Of a stretch of 64,000 nucleotides of DNA, positions 37,481-51,070 are shown in pieces. The notes beneath the pieces were generated by a model that was not told the DNA's origin, searched no databases, and saw nothing but the letters and a program-made list of their open reading frames with translations. This DNA is from Octopus sinensis (taxonomy: Eukaryota): positions 7,564,001 through 7,628,000 of the forward strand of contig NC_043010.1 of NCBI RefSeq assembly GCF_006345805.1. The letters are read 5' to 3'. How positions within the stretch are numbered: the first letter of the stretch is position 1; each line of letters starts with the position of its first letter. The position numbers were made by a program, and so were the translations under genes.

Positions 37481-37821
37481 ATGCTGAGACCCCCTTCGGT
37501 CATGACTGACCATGGGATTGCACCTAGAAAGTTACCCTTACAGCCACAAGCCCTGGCAAAGTTGTTTATGGAAAACCAGCAGTCGCCCATGCATACCGGC
37601 CTCTCCTCTCCATACCATTGATGTTATCCAAGGGAAAGGCAAAGGGGCCGATACAGCTTGGCACCTGTGACGCCGCAATTCATTTCTACAGCTGAGTGAA
37701 CTGGAGCAACGTGAAATAAAGTATCTTGCTCAAGAACACAACACGCAGCCCGGTCTGGGATTCGAACTCACAACCTCACGATCGTAAGCTCAAAGCTCTA
37801 ACCACTGAGCCATGTACCTTC
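37481..37821 (-). mobile_element. SINE family C copy
   Basis: Homologous to 11851-12191. Confidence 0.88.
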
Positions 37822-38362
37822 ACATACACATATATATATATATATATTTATATATACATATACACACACAGACACATGCACACACATACACACACATAGA
37901 AGCATACACACACACACACGTATATATGTATATATACATACACACACACGGACACATGCACACACATACACACACACATATATATGTATACATACACACA
38001 CACGGACACATGCACACACATACACACACATATAGATAGTTTTCTATCTTTTTTGACTTTATGAGACATTGGATTTCAAAATAGAATTCCAGCACACTCT
38101 GCAAGTAAAGTTTAAGAAAAGCAACAAAAACAAAAAAAATGTTTTAAAATTTAGAAAACATGTAGATAACTATTGTTTTATCTTGTTTTATTAATCATAC
38201 CTGTGTACAACAAAATTATGAATGTTTTTCAAGAGGCTTAATCATCAATATGGATTTTCTAAAGCCCTAAATTGCATTTTTAAAAATACACAGTGCACCT
38301 GGTACCTCTTCTAGTGCACAGTCAGAGCACCATGCATACAGATGCACACACACATACACACA

Positions 38363-38409
<47 letters not shown>

Positions 38410-38608
38410 ACCTAGATCCTTGGATCTTACCTTTACACACATATATTTATGTGTGTGTGTGTGTGCGTGCATGTGTGTGTATGTGTGTGTGTGCATGTAT
38501 TTATTTATATATGCATGCAAGTATGTAATTATGTATGTATGTATGTATATATGTATGCATATATTTTATATATACATAAGCTTCAAGCAGTCCATCGAAG
38601 GTATAAAA

Positions 38609-38647
<39 letters not shown>

Positions 38648-38682
38648 GTATATATATCTATTTATCTATCTATATATATATG

Positions 38683-38720
<38 letters not shown>

Positions 38721-38730
38721 ATATATATAT

Positions 38731-38785
<55 letters not shown>

Positions 38786-38880
38786 TATATATGTATATAT
38801 AATTTTTATACTTTCTTTGGACTGCTCAAAGCTTGCTAACTTTCTAAACCTGGATTCCTTGGATCTTACCATTACATGTC

Positions 38881-38946
<66 letters not shown>

Positions 38947-38952
38947 CCTTTA

Positions 38953-38984
<32 letters not shown>

Positions 38985-39430
38985 AATATATATATATCTG
39001 TGTGTGTGGGAGAGAGAGTGAGTGTGTGTGGTGTGTACATGTTTAAAAATTAATTGTTGTATATCATTAAAGCATGTAGACACTGATAGAAACAAAACAA
39101 AGCAAAAAAACAATAGAACGGTTACTTAGGATCACTCTTTCTCCCCATTGAAAACTCAATGAACCAATAACTTGTCCATCGGAAAACCTGTAGCCAACAA
39201 TGCTGGACCCTCTGTTGGTCAAGGTTGACCATGCATCTGCACATGTATGTGCAAGACTGAACAAGAATTTTTGAGGAAAACTGGTTGTTACGCATACTTG
39301 CAGGTTCCTCTTTTACTTGACTTTTATGTTTTTCCAATGAAAAGTTCACCAACTTGGACTGCTAAAGCTTGGTACCAATGTTTTGCAAAGAATTGGAACA
39401 GATGCTGTGAGATATCTTACCTGTACCATA

Positions 39431-39845
39431 GGTGCAGGAGTGGCTGTGTGGTAAGTAGCTTGTTTACCAACCACATGGTTCCGGGTTCAGTCCCATTGCA
39501 TGGCACCTTGGGTAAGTGTCTTCTACTATAGCCTCGGGCCGACCAAAGCCTTGTAAGTGGATTTGGTAGACGGAAACTGAAAGAAGCCCGTCGTATATAT
39601 GTATATTATATATATATATATATGCATGTGTATGTTTGTGTGTCTGTGTTTGTCCCCCTAGCATTGCTTGACAACCAATGCTAGTGTTGTGTTTATGTCC
39701 CCGTTACTTCGCAGTTCGGCAAAAGAGACCGATAGAATAAGTACTGGGCTTACAAAAGAATAAGTCCGGGGTCGTTGCTCGATTAAAAGGCGGTGCTCCA
39801 GCATGGCCACAGTCAAATGACTGAAACAAGTAAAAGAGTAAACGA
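39431..39845 (+). mobile_element. SINE family B copy (full length)
   Basis: Runs from the head through to the GTAAAAGAGTAAA tail. Confidence 0.9.
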
Positions 39846-41312
39846 GTACCTCTAATATTTCTGCTCTAGATTGAAACATTTTATTGAACTGTAAATGATA
39901 AAAGGTAAAGTTAATCTAGGCAGCATTTGAACTCAGTGTGCAGAGATTTGGAACGAATATGGTGAGACGTTCTACCTAACAACTCTGCCACTTTGGAGCC
40001 TTAACGCAGAGTGAATTTATAATGAGAAGAACCTACATTCTAAATGCTAGGAGTCCAATACTTTAAAAATCCTTCGTTGAGTAGGTAATAAACAAGGGAA
40101 CAAATAAATATCTAAATAAATAAATAAATGAATAGGGGAAGCCTTTCAGTAATAAATATTTCTAACTACTACTTAAGACTTCAAAAACTTTTAAATAAAT
40201 AACATTTAATCCATCATTCTGTAACACATACACATAGACACACACATTCACACACGTAAGCTCACTAATATACATACATAGAGACATACACGCATATTTA
40301 CTTATACATATAAGCACGCTAATATACATACGTACACACATACACACTGATTCAGATAGGTACATACACACACATATGTGAACATGTACAAGCACATTCA
40401 TTGCTTTGCACACAAAGAATGATACATAATTTCTATTTTTTTTTTAATTTTGGGAAATTAGATTTAAGAGGAAAATGTAGTAATAATTTGATATATCAAA
40501 TTTAACTCATCTCTCTCTCTCTCTCTTTACCTCTTTCTTTCTTTCTCTCTTTCTCTCTGTCTCCCTCACTCTCTTTTTCCTCTCTAACACACATGCATAT
40601 ACACACTAATACACACACATAGACATTATATACACTTGAAAGTTATTAGAAATATTTATGATTGAAATATTGCATGAAATGTTGACTGAAATGCCATATA
40701 TGTATATTAAATTTAAAACATAAAAAGTATAAAACACAATATATAATAATAAAAATAAAAACAAATTAGATGTAGTGTTATGTTGAAAACACGTTACACA
40801 TGACTAACAAAATTCTTGTTTCAATAGAAAAACCCACTTATGGAGTATCTGTGGATTATATCAGATGAGATACCTTGTGGTTGTTATTGATAATGTTGTT
40901 GCTGGTGATGGTGGTGATGGTGTTGTTATTGTTGTTAGTGGAGGAGGGTGAGGTTTCTTGATGTTGCCATTGCTGTTTAACCCAAGTCAGCCTTGACTGA
41001 ATAGACACATGATTAAAGGCCTTCACATCGTGGCCATCCAACTCCTTTGTTCTTCTTCTAGGTTTGTTGTACTCCAACCCAATGTGTCCCTTTATAAGAT
41101 GGTACAGTATGGTTCTGAAGGAAATTTGATTGTTATTTCTAATAGGGTGAACATTCCTGTAGAGCAGGGGGTTCTGAACCCTTCTTTATTTATAGACCCC
41201 TTTGACTGCTATTTTCTTCTGGTGGACCCCCATAGCCATTCGATGTTTAAAAACTAACAAAAAATAGAAAAAAATAGACAGGTATCTTTAACCAGCTATC
41301 AATCCATGCTAC

Positions 41313-41354
41313 TCCAGACTGATGATGAGTAAAACTCAGAAACATGTCTCTGGA
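41313..41354 (+). ncRNA. Canonical minimal type-I hammerhead ribozyme motif
   Basis: TCCAGA-CTGATGA-TGAGT aaa ACTCA-GAAAC-at-GTC-TCTGGA. The core is perfect, stem I is 6 bp, stem II is 5 bp, stem III is the palindrome ACATGT, and the cleavage site is GUC. Distal stem-I extension CCAGCTA (41292) / TAGCTGG (41363). Confidence 0.88.
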
Positions 41355-41513
41355 TGCAGGCTTAGCTGGATGGGGGTGCTTGTCTCCCCTTTGTAAACAT
41401 AAGGACACAGGAAATGTGTCAAGGCCGACAGGAAGCGTTGATGCTTCCTAGGATTAAATAGCGATTCCCTTTATGGGACTGTCACGTTAAGTTGACGGTA
41501 TACAACTGTATAA

Positions 41514-41743
41514 GGCAGCGAGCTGGCAGAAACGTTAGCACGCCGGGCGAAATGCTTAGCGGTATTTCGTCTGCGTTACATTGTGAGTTCAAATTCCGCC
41601 GAGGTCGACTTTGCCTTTCATCCTTTCGGGGTCGATAAATTAAGTACCAGTTACGCACTGGGGTCGATGTAATCGACTTAATACCTATGTCTGTCCTTGC
41701 TTGTCCCCTCTGTGTTTAGCCCCTTGTGGGTAATAAAGAAATT
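41514..41743 (+). mobile_element. SINE family A monomer with a 17-bp TSD
   Basis: TSD GGTATACAACTGT(A/T)TAA at 41497-41513 and 41744-41760. Confidence 0.92.
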
Positions 41744-42039
41744 GGTATACAACTGTTTAAAAACTAGTTTTATAGAAACTTCTTTCAAAATTCCTATTTT
41801 GTTTTTCACTCATTAACTTATGTAAGTTGAACTGTGTGAAAGAAGCCTAGCTGATTCTTGCATTACATACCAATACATACATCTAAAGTAAATTTTACTC
41901 AGGAGCCCTTAAAATATTATTGTCGATCCCCAATTTATTATTGTTTTGCATGGAACCCTAAAAATTTTAAACGGACCCTCACGAGTCATATGGACCCCAG
42001 TTGAGAACCACTGCCATAGAGCTTCTCCCATTGGTTTTA

Positions 42040-42408
42040 TCTTTTACTTGTTTCAGTCATTAGACTGCGACCATGCTGGGGCACCCACTTGAAGAATTTT
42101 TAGTTGAATGAATTGAATCTAGAACTTATTATTTTTCAAGCCTGACACTTATTCTATCAGTCTCTTTTCCCAAACTACTAGGATAGAGGGATGTTGTCAA
42201 GAGGTAACAGGGGACAAAGACAGACACAAAGACACACACACATAAATATATATATGACAGTCTTCATTCAGTTTCCAACCCCCAAATCCACTCACAAGTT
42301 TTTGTCAGTCTGAGGCTATAACAGAAGCCACTTTCTCAAAGTACCATGCAGTGGGACTGAACCTGCAACCACATAGATGGGAAGCAAGCTTCTTATCACA
42401 CAGCCATG
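42040..42408 (-). mobile_element. Older SINE family B copy
   Basis: Diverged homology to the other family-B copies. Confidence 0.8.
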
Positions 42409-43561
42409 CTTAGATTTTCCTTTTAACAGATCAGATTAAAGAAGCCCAAAGCACCTACTTCAATCTTGAGCAACCCTTTAGAAAGAAATGTTTTGACGAG
42501 GTAACCAATAATTAAATACACACAAACATCCTGGACTGCATAGAGTAAAAAAGCCATTTGATGTGATTGGTATAAAATCACTCACAAATGCATTCCATGG
42601 CTGCCTCCTCTTTGAGCTCAGTATTATAATGGCCTCTGTTCCTTAGACTTGGCTGGTTTTGCACCTCCTCTCCTCAAACACTCCTGACTTACTTGCCTCT
42701 CCTCCTTTATCATTACTGTGGTGTTCAGCTCTCCAGGTCCCACACTAATCCACAATCCCCAGCCCTTCCTCTCCCAGAACATCATTCCTCTGTCTAGAAT
42801 CTCAACAATGTGTTCTACCTTTACACCTGTTTTCTACCTTTACTCTTTATTCTTCTATTTACTCCTTTATTTTTCTATTTTATTCCTTATAAGCTGTGAA
42901 TGTATTCTATTCTTGTAAACTGTTACTTTTCCCTGTCTAAAATATTCATACCTTGTCTCTGATAAAGGAATACCCAGTGCATGGACATGCTAACCTACCA
43001 CTTGGGTTGTCCCAGAATTGGCTGTAAGACTTCAAATTCACCTTTACCTTAATTAACTTATTCTAAATCACTTGAGATACTCATTCTGCCTTAGTTTTGC
43101 ATTATCCTCTAATATAATATATACCTGCAATAACAGAACCTTAATGCAGATCCCTAGATCCAGCCTCAGCTGTGAACTGGAGCCTAACGGATGACCAACT
43201 ATAGCACTTACTCAGCATACCTATTCATTTAGATCACAAGTGAACTAAACCCTTCATATTCTTCATATACAAATGTGTGTGTATATATATATATATATAT
43301 TTACATACACACACACACATAATTTCCCAATAATTCAGTATGTAGCACTTTTTGGTTTTGCCATCCAAAGATAGCATACACGCATACATATATGCATACA
43401 TAAATGCATACACATATTCTTACTTACACACACACACATGTGCATGTGCACGTACACACACACACACACACACATATACATACAGACATACACATAAACT
43501 TATATACAGATAGAATTACAAACAGATAGGCATACATAGGCAGACACAGATTACTCTAATC

Positions 43562-43780
43562 CAGTGCTTTTCAAACTTTTTGCTGGAGCGGAACCCCAAG
43601 GAAACATTCCACTGGCTCGAGGAACCCCTGCGCAATAATTTAATAGTCTTATGCATGCATATCTGCACAGGAGAATAAAAAATTACTGCCGATTTTAGCA
43701 GTTTTGTGACTTCTTGTGGAACCCCTGGACTGTACTGGCAGAACCCTAAGGTTCCGCGGAACCCTGGTTGAAAACCACTG
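43562..43780. mobile_element. hAT-type MITE with a perfect 8-bp TSD
   Basis: TIRs CAGTGCTTTTCAA / TTGAAAACCACTG. TSD CTCTAATC at 43554-43561 and 43781-43788. GGAACCC subterminal repeats. Confidence 0.92.
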
Positions 43781-44164
43781 CTCTAATCAGTCAGTCTCAA
43801 ATGGTATATTGTAGCTATTTAAAAATATATTTTAAAGCTTTAAAAAATTCTTACTAATGCTTGAGTGTCTGGAAAAACCTGTTATTCATAATTCTCTTAA
43901 TCACAAGTATGATAAAATTTACACAAGGTTTGCAATAGTTTAATATTCTGTATTACTTTTTGCTAATTTTTAACTTTCAAACAATTATTTAAAAAAAATT
44001 TCCATTTGAAGGATAACAGAATTTTTTTGTAATTTTCCTTATGTAATTTAGAAGAATTTTTTTAGTTCCTTTCTAGTGAACCATGAAGACTAAAACATTG
44101 GGAATCATGATTTTAATTGTTATTTTCATTCATTCACTGATTCCTGCATATATATATATATATA

Positions 44165-44420
44165 TTTAAATAGGTGAATGAATTATCCTATGTTTATTGT
44201 CAGCATGGAAAATTCGTTTAACCGAAACCTGGGTAGCAAATTCACGTCAGAAACATGGTTGAAGCGACCTGTCAAGGGTAGAAACTCCGGGTTCATGTGC
44301 AGAAATTTGTGTGTTGTATATGAATAAATGAAAGAATGGAGTCAAACGAAGATGTTAACAAAATTCCTTTACTGTCGACATATGTTTCGAAGACAACATG
44401 TTTTCATTTATTCATATATA
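44165..44420 (-). mobile_element. Probable Penelope-like pLTR fragment with only the 3' half of a hammerhead
   Basis: Minus-strand GAAAC-atat-GTC near 44377-44388. A short inverted copy TTTCATTTATTCATATA sits at the end. Lies between (TA)n tracts and retains CpGs. Confidence 0.5.
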
Positions 44421-45811
44421 GATATATATATATATTACATGGAAAAATGCAAGCAAGAGAAATAATATTCTTAAGATTATAAACCTGGAAAATTACTAGA
44501 CAAGTTATTACACTTGGAAAAGTTCAGGACAACTTATTACATCTGGTGAAGTATAGATCTAGAAAAATTTTCATAAAATATTGCAGCTAAGGATAAAATT
44601 TCAAATAAAATATTTAGATTTAGAAAATATTAGCTTATATTAAAATAAAAATTTTATTACAAGTTATCACTTCTATTTGTTATTACTTGTTACTTCTATT
44701 AAAAATTAAAAAGAATGCAAATTTTTTCTTTACTTTAAAAAAATTCATAGTTTTAATTATTAATAATTAGAAATTTGAAAATAGGTTATAAAAAATAATA
44801 GTAGTATATAATTAGTTAGTACAATAAATAGAATAATACAAAAATTAGTTATATATTGCAGTAAAATCTACCTATAACAACAAATTCACATGTTATTGCC
44901 AAGTTTTCATATTCATAGTCTTGACCCAATGCCTATTTTTTACATAATGAATTTGCCTACCATATATACTATTCTACTTTGCATAAAACTTTAGCCATAT
45001 TGGTAATTCTGGCTCTCATTTTTTAAATATTCTAGTGTGTCAATATTTTAACAAAATAATGGTACCTTTTTTTAATTATAATGTTACTTTGTAACTTAAA
45101 ATCAAATAATTTTTTATATTCAAATTTTATCCTTAGCTGCAGTATTTTAAGTAAAAAACTTATTCTATCAGGCTCTTTTGCCGAACCATTAAGTTACGGG
45201 GACATAAACTCACCAGTATCGGTTGTCAAATGATGAGGAGGAGAAAAACACAGACACACTAACATATACATACACACACACATATATATACACAATGGGC
45301 TTCTTTCAGTTTCCGTCTACCAAATCCACTCACAGGGCTTTGGTTAGCCTGGGGCTATAGTAGAAGACGCTTGCCCAAGGTTCCACACAGTGGGACTGAA
45401 CCCAGAGTTACTTACCACACCTATATATATATATATATCATCATCATCATCATCGTCATCATTTAACGTTTCTACAGCTGGGTGCCCTTCCTAACACCAA
45501 CCACTCCAAGAGTGTAGTGGGTGCTTTAACATGCTACCGGCAAGAGGGCCAGTCAGGTGGTACTGGCAACAACCATGCTCAAAAGATGTATTTTAGGTGC
45601 CACCTGCACTGGAGCTCGTCCAGTGGCACGTGCAATGACGATGCTTGAATGTTGTTTTTCACAAGCCACTGGCACATGTGCCAGTAACGCGACATGTGTG
45701 TGTGTGTGTGTGAGGGGTAGCTGAACAGTTTTAATGCACAAGACATTGGTCAAACTGGGATTACAGTAGAAGACACATGCCAAAGGTGTCACACATTGGT
45801 ATTGAACCTAA

Positions 45812-46041
45812 GGCAGCGAGCTGGCAGAAACGTTAGCACGCCGGGCGAAATGCTTAGCGGGATTTCGTCTGCGTTACGTTGTGAGTTCAAATTCCGCCGA
45901 GGTCAACTTTGCCTTTCATCCTTTCGGGGTCGATAAATTAAGTACCAGTTACACACTGGGGTCGATGTAATTGACTTAATACCTATGTCTGTCCTTGTTT
46001 GTCCCCTCTGTGTTTAGCCCCTTGTGGGTAGTTTAGAAATA
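45812..46041 (+). mobile_element. SINE family A monomer with a 14-bp TSD, nested in a decayed family-B SINE
   Basis: TSD GGTATTGAACCTAA at 45798-45811 and 46042-46055. Confidence 0.92.
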
Positions 46042-47862
46042 GGTATTGAACCTAAAACCATGCAGTTGCAGGGCAAGATTCGTAACTACCCTTTGTGTGT
46101 GTGTGTGTGTATGCATGCATGTTTGTTTGTGTGCATATGTGTGTATGTATATTATACATACATACAAACACTCATATATACGTACATTAAAACATACATA
46201 AATACATACATAATATTTAACACACCTGCAAAGCTAAGATTTTCAGGAGAAAAATGTTGCTGTTCAACATTTACATTGTAAATGCAAACTGTAAGGTGGA
46301 ACAGTAAAATATACAAGACTTTTCTAAAGTTTAGCAGGCAACACTTATTATTTGTTATCCAAAATTTATAAATAGACCTTTGTTTCTTTGTTAGAAATGA
46401 GTTCCTTCTTTGTCAGAAAAATTCAAATAATTGAAAAAGAAAGAAGTTAAACCATATATTTGGAAAGTGAGACAAGTACTAAATTTAAAAGCAAGAAAGA
46501 CTGGAATTATAATCATATGACCCCATGATCTTTATAATTTGAGGCCAATATATTATGATCCTTTACTGAGGAAGAAATAAATAAATAAATAAATAAATAA
46601 AACATTTTTGTAACCTTAAAGCATTTGAAAGAATCAAAACGTTCAAATGTTAGTTTTTTTAACCAATTTAAACTGCATTAAATTTCTTTCTTTCCAAAAA
46701 ATGTCAATTAACCCTTCTAATTAATGAATCAATGAATTTCCTGCAATGAGCATATACAGAGAATCACACGAATGTATGTGGTATAAACATGCACATACAT
46801 GCACCAATATATATAAATACTTTGGAGAGTAATTGCATACACTTAGACATGTAAAAAGAAGCCCATTCCTGTGTGCGAGTACGTTCATGTATGCATCAAG
46901 ATACTCCTATATGCACACATTAATTCACACATCTGCAAATTCTTGGGAATGTCTTCACTGAGGCAAAAGATGCTTTCTCAATTTTAACTGGATTGAATTC
47001 TGAGAACTTAAATAAACTCAAAGAAAAAGTTATACGTGTGTGTGTGTGTATGTGTGTGTGTGTGTGTGTTGTGTGTGTGTGTGCATGTGTGCGTGCGTGC
47101 GTGTGTGTGCAGGCACAGATATGCATGTAAGTGCTTTTGTTTGAATATGCATATATGAGTGTGTGTGTGTGTGCATGTGTGAGTATGTGTGTATATGTGA
47201 GTATATGTATATGCTAGCATGGAAAACGGACGCTAAACGATGATGATGATGATGATGATGATATATATATATATATATATACATATATGTGTGTGTGCAT
47301 GTATGTATATATACATATATACTTGTATACATATATACATACACAAATACAAACAACACACTTATTGGTTACTGCTATATATCACATGAATCCTGGCTCA
47401 GCTAATGGTAGTTAATAAGTAAGAATTATAAGAATCTTTCTTCTTTCATACATATTGTTATTGACACCATGTCTGGCAGCAAATCCATTTAGAACAGGGT
47501 AAAAATACTAACCAGCTTTTTAAACAATAAAAAAAGCAATGTTAAAACAACATGAAAAATATATGAATTATTCTCATGAAATAAAAATATAATTTGGTGA
47601 AGAAGCCTTTAAGTAAAAGCTTTTAAAGATTAAAAAAAGTACTATTGTTTTTTAAAATACGCTATGAAAGCTAACACTGTCACTTTGTACATTTTTTATT
47701 GCATTTCTTTTTGCTTGCTTTTTTTTTTATTGATATGTCTATATTTTGGCAAAAAAAAAACGTCAAAGAAATTTTAATTCCTTGAACTAAAAGCATATAT
47801 TCACAAATATACTCATAAATATGCAAACCCATACAGACACATATACACCAATATTTATAAAC

Positions 47863-47906
<44 letters not shown>

Positions 47907-48822
47907 CCCATTGTGTGAGCACACAGATTTTAAGTTCTGTAACCTGTTTATGTTGATGCCATGAGGTGTGATTTAGGTTGTTTGTTTAAAAAATACTTGA
48001 ATTCTGTCTAAAGAGATCACTAAGATTTTCAATTACACCTAGGATATTCTTCAGCCTCTTAAATAAATTTGAAGAATCATTGAAGAAGGCAAACTTAGTG
48101 GCAGGCTTTTTTCTTTTAATTTCTGCCAATGTTGTATTGGTTCCAAATATTTTTCAGCAGGGTGCTGAATTCAATACATTTAACTATTCAACCAATTTTA
48201 TTTACTTTTATACATTTATTTGTTTATTATTTTTTTTTTTTTTGAGGGATGGTGGGGAAGGACTTAGTGCTAAAAAAAAATAATTTCTTTTATATTTTTG
48301 TGATGAAGTTTGCTTAAGTATCAATCATGCTGTTATTATTGATGTAAAAAAAAAATGTATGTGAAACACACGACATACATTCTAGCTAACATCACTTATG
48401 TCAATACCATTAATACTCCAGAAACAGGGAAATAACATAAGCAAATTATATGAAGAATCCGTGAAAAAGCAAGCAAAGATTTGCGTGCATAGCAAATACA
48501 ACTCCCCTGGAGTCTTGTGAACTAGCAGAGCCAAATAATCCGTAATGAAGAAATCCTCACAAAAGTTTTAACGTGATTATAAAAGGGTCACATAGTAGAA
48601 AATCTCGTGAAATAGAAGATTATATCACAAATTCTGCTAATTTTTTTTACCATTTTCTTTTCTGTTCAAAACAGAAGTATGATTTCTCATACTGCTATAT
48701 TAAATAATTAATTTAATACATATATATATATAGAGAGAGAGAGACAGACAGACAGACAGAGAGACAGAGAGAGAGATAGAGATGTATGTAAATATGTATG
48801 TATACATATATGTATATATATA

Positions 48823-48885
<63 letters not shown>

Positions 48886-49132
48886 TATACATACATACAC
48901 ACCTATATTAGATCAGAATAATTAATAAATTATATTATGCATGTGTATATGCTTATATGAATGTCCCCATTTAGATTGTTAGACATACCACACTTGAATA
49001 CACATTATAACATGCAAATCCATATGTAAATGTTCATACATACAAATGTATATGTATGTAAGCAAGCTTGTATGTATGTATGATGTATGTATATATATTT
49101 GCATATACATGTATGTATGTGAATATAAATAT

Positions 49133-49196
<64 letters not shown>

Positions 49197-50814
49197 CATA
49201 TATATATACATACATATATGTATGTATGTGCATGCATATACATATACATATATGTGTGTGTATATATATATATACGTACAGGAGAATATGCATCATTACA
49301 TACCCTAATCTACAACAATGAATATTGAATATGAAATTACAATTATACCAGTAAGAAAGTATATTATGCATAAAGTATTCTGATTCACCTTTGATAACAC
49401 GTTTTTTTTAAGGTAAAAATTTCCTCAGCAAATATTCAATGAATGTAGAACTTACAGCCCCCCAAAAATATATATACCTATATATCAGTATTATCAGTAT
49501 ATGCGCGTAAGTACACACACTAACGTGTGTAAATGTATGAACACATGCACACACACATAAATATATAAAAGACAAAAGCTAATTCCCCATTCTTCAATCA
49601 CAAACTACCATATTGCTTAATTAGTTCCACATCTCTGAATCTATGGAACAATTCTTTAAAAAAAAATACCAACAACAACAACATGCAACGTTCAGCTTTA
49701 GTTATATGGCAGGGTTGTAACCACACCAGAAGAACAAACTGGAAATTATTCAAGAGTGACAACATCATTTGGTAGAAAACAATAAAAAAAATGTATGACT
49801 AAGTTCTACCAAAAAAAAAAAAAAAAGTAATATGCTCATTTTCTCCAAAGACCAATCAGTAGAAGAGAAAAATATTGTCAAGGAATGTGCAAACTGATTC
49901 AAGATATGCACCACGTTTCATTTTTGCTTTTAACTTCTTTGATAACCTTCATCACCTCCGAAGGAAAATCGAACAAACTCTGTAAGAAGCTGTTTGTTTT
50001 CTTTCTCAGTTTCATCATTTGATTATACGCTTAATTAGACTTTTGGAAGGTAATTAATCTGCCAATTAATCTACTCTGATAAAAAACCTAAGCTAGTTAT
50101 AACATTAATTAATTTTTTAACACCATCTATTTTATTTAATTATATTATTTTATTTTATTATATATTCATTTATGTTTTTATATTTTTATATATTTTTATA
50201 TATTTATTCATTTAATCATTTATTTATTGTAATGTTTCTGGAAGAAAATCAGGGCAAATTAGATTTTGGAGTGTAAAGATACTTCATGAGACTTCTAACA
50301 GTATTATCTTCGATAATATGTTCTCTATAATATTGTACTTAATTACATATTAAATCAATGACTCCCAAGCTAAAACCATGACCTGCATACATCAAGCATT
50401 CCAGTGAAAGAAATACACATCAATAAAGTATTATTACATTTGGCAAAGTTTGGTCAATAATATTATATCCAGTTAACAAGATAAGGCTGCTTGTTGGTTA
50501 AATTTCTATTATGATCTCATGGTAATATTATGCAAAGTCATCATCAGAACTGTAACTACATAATTGTAGTTACATATGTATACATCTGTACTGTGACTTT
50601 ATACACTAAAGTTTCAGTATAATTTCCTGATAACTGAAGAAAGAGAATATTAGAAAAATAAAATATTGGAAAATCAAAAACAGCTTGATAAACTTAATAT
50701 ATGGAAATTTTAAACATGTGATATCTCTAAGAAAATGCTAAAATTAATCCATAAAAATGATAAAATAGTTTAAAAGTCTGTGAAGTATAGATCTGTTTAT
50801 ATGTGTGTGTATGC

Positions 50815-50845
<31 letters not shown>

Positions 50846-50958
50846 TGTATGTATGTATGCATGCATGTCTGTATTTATATATGTGTGTGTGTATGTTGTG
50901 AGTATATATATGTATATATGTGGACATATGTGTATATGTGTCTGTGTGTATGTATGTA

Positions 50959-51070
<112 letters not shown>

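Larger units (their letters stand above)
41165..42013. mobile_element. hAT-type MITE interrupted by two nested insertions
   Basis: Ends CAGGGGGTTCTGAAC / GTTGAGAACCACTG. 8-bp flanks CTGTAGAG and CCATAGAG match at 6 of 8 positions. GGACCCC subterminal repeats. Confidence 0.72.

Noticed and set aside
39067-39425. Higher-complexity stretch with several 65-94-aa ORFs
   Set aside because: No recognisable domain, and stops in the most plausible frames. It may be a decayed transposon but I cannot assign it.
48570-48600. TATAAAAGGG TATA-box-like motif
   Set aside because: Expected by chance in AT-rich DNA, with no downstream gene evidence.
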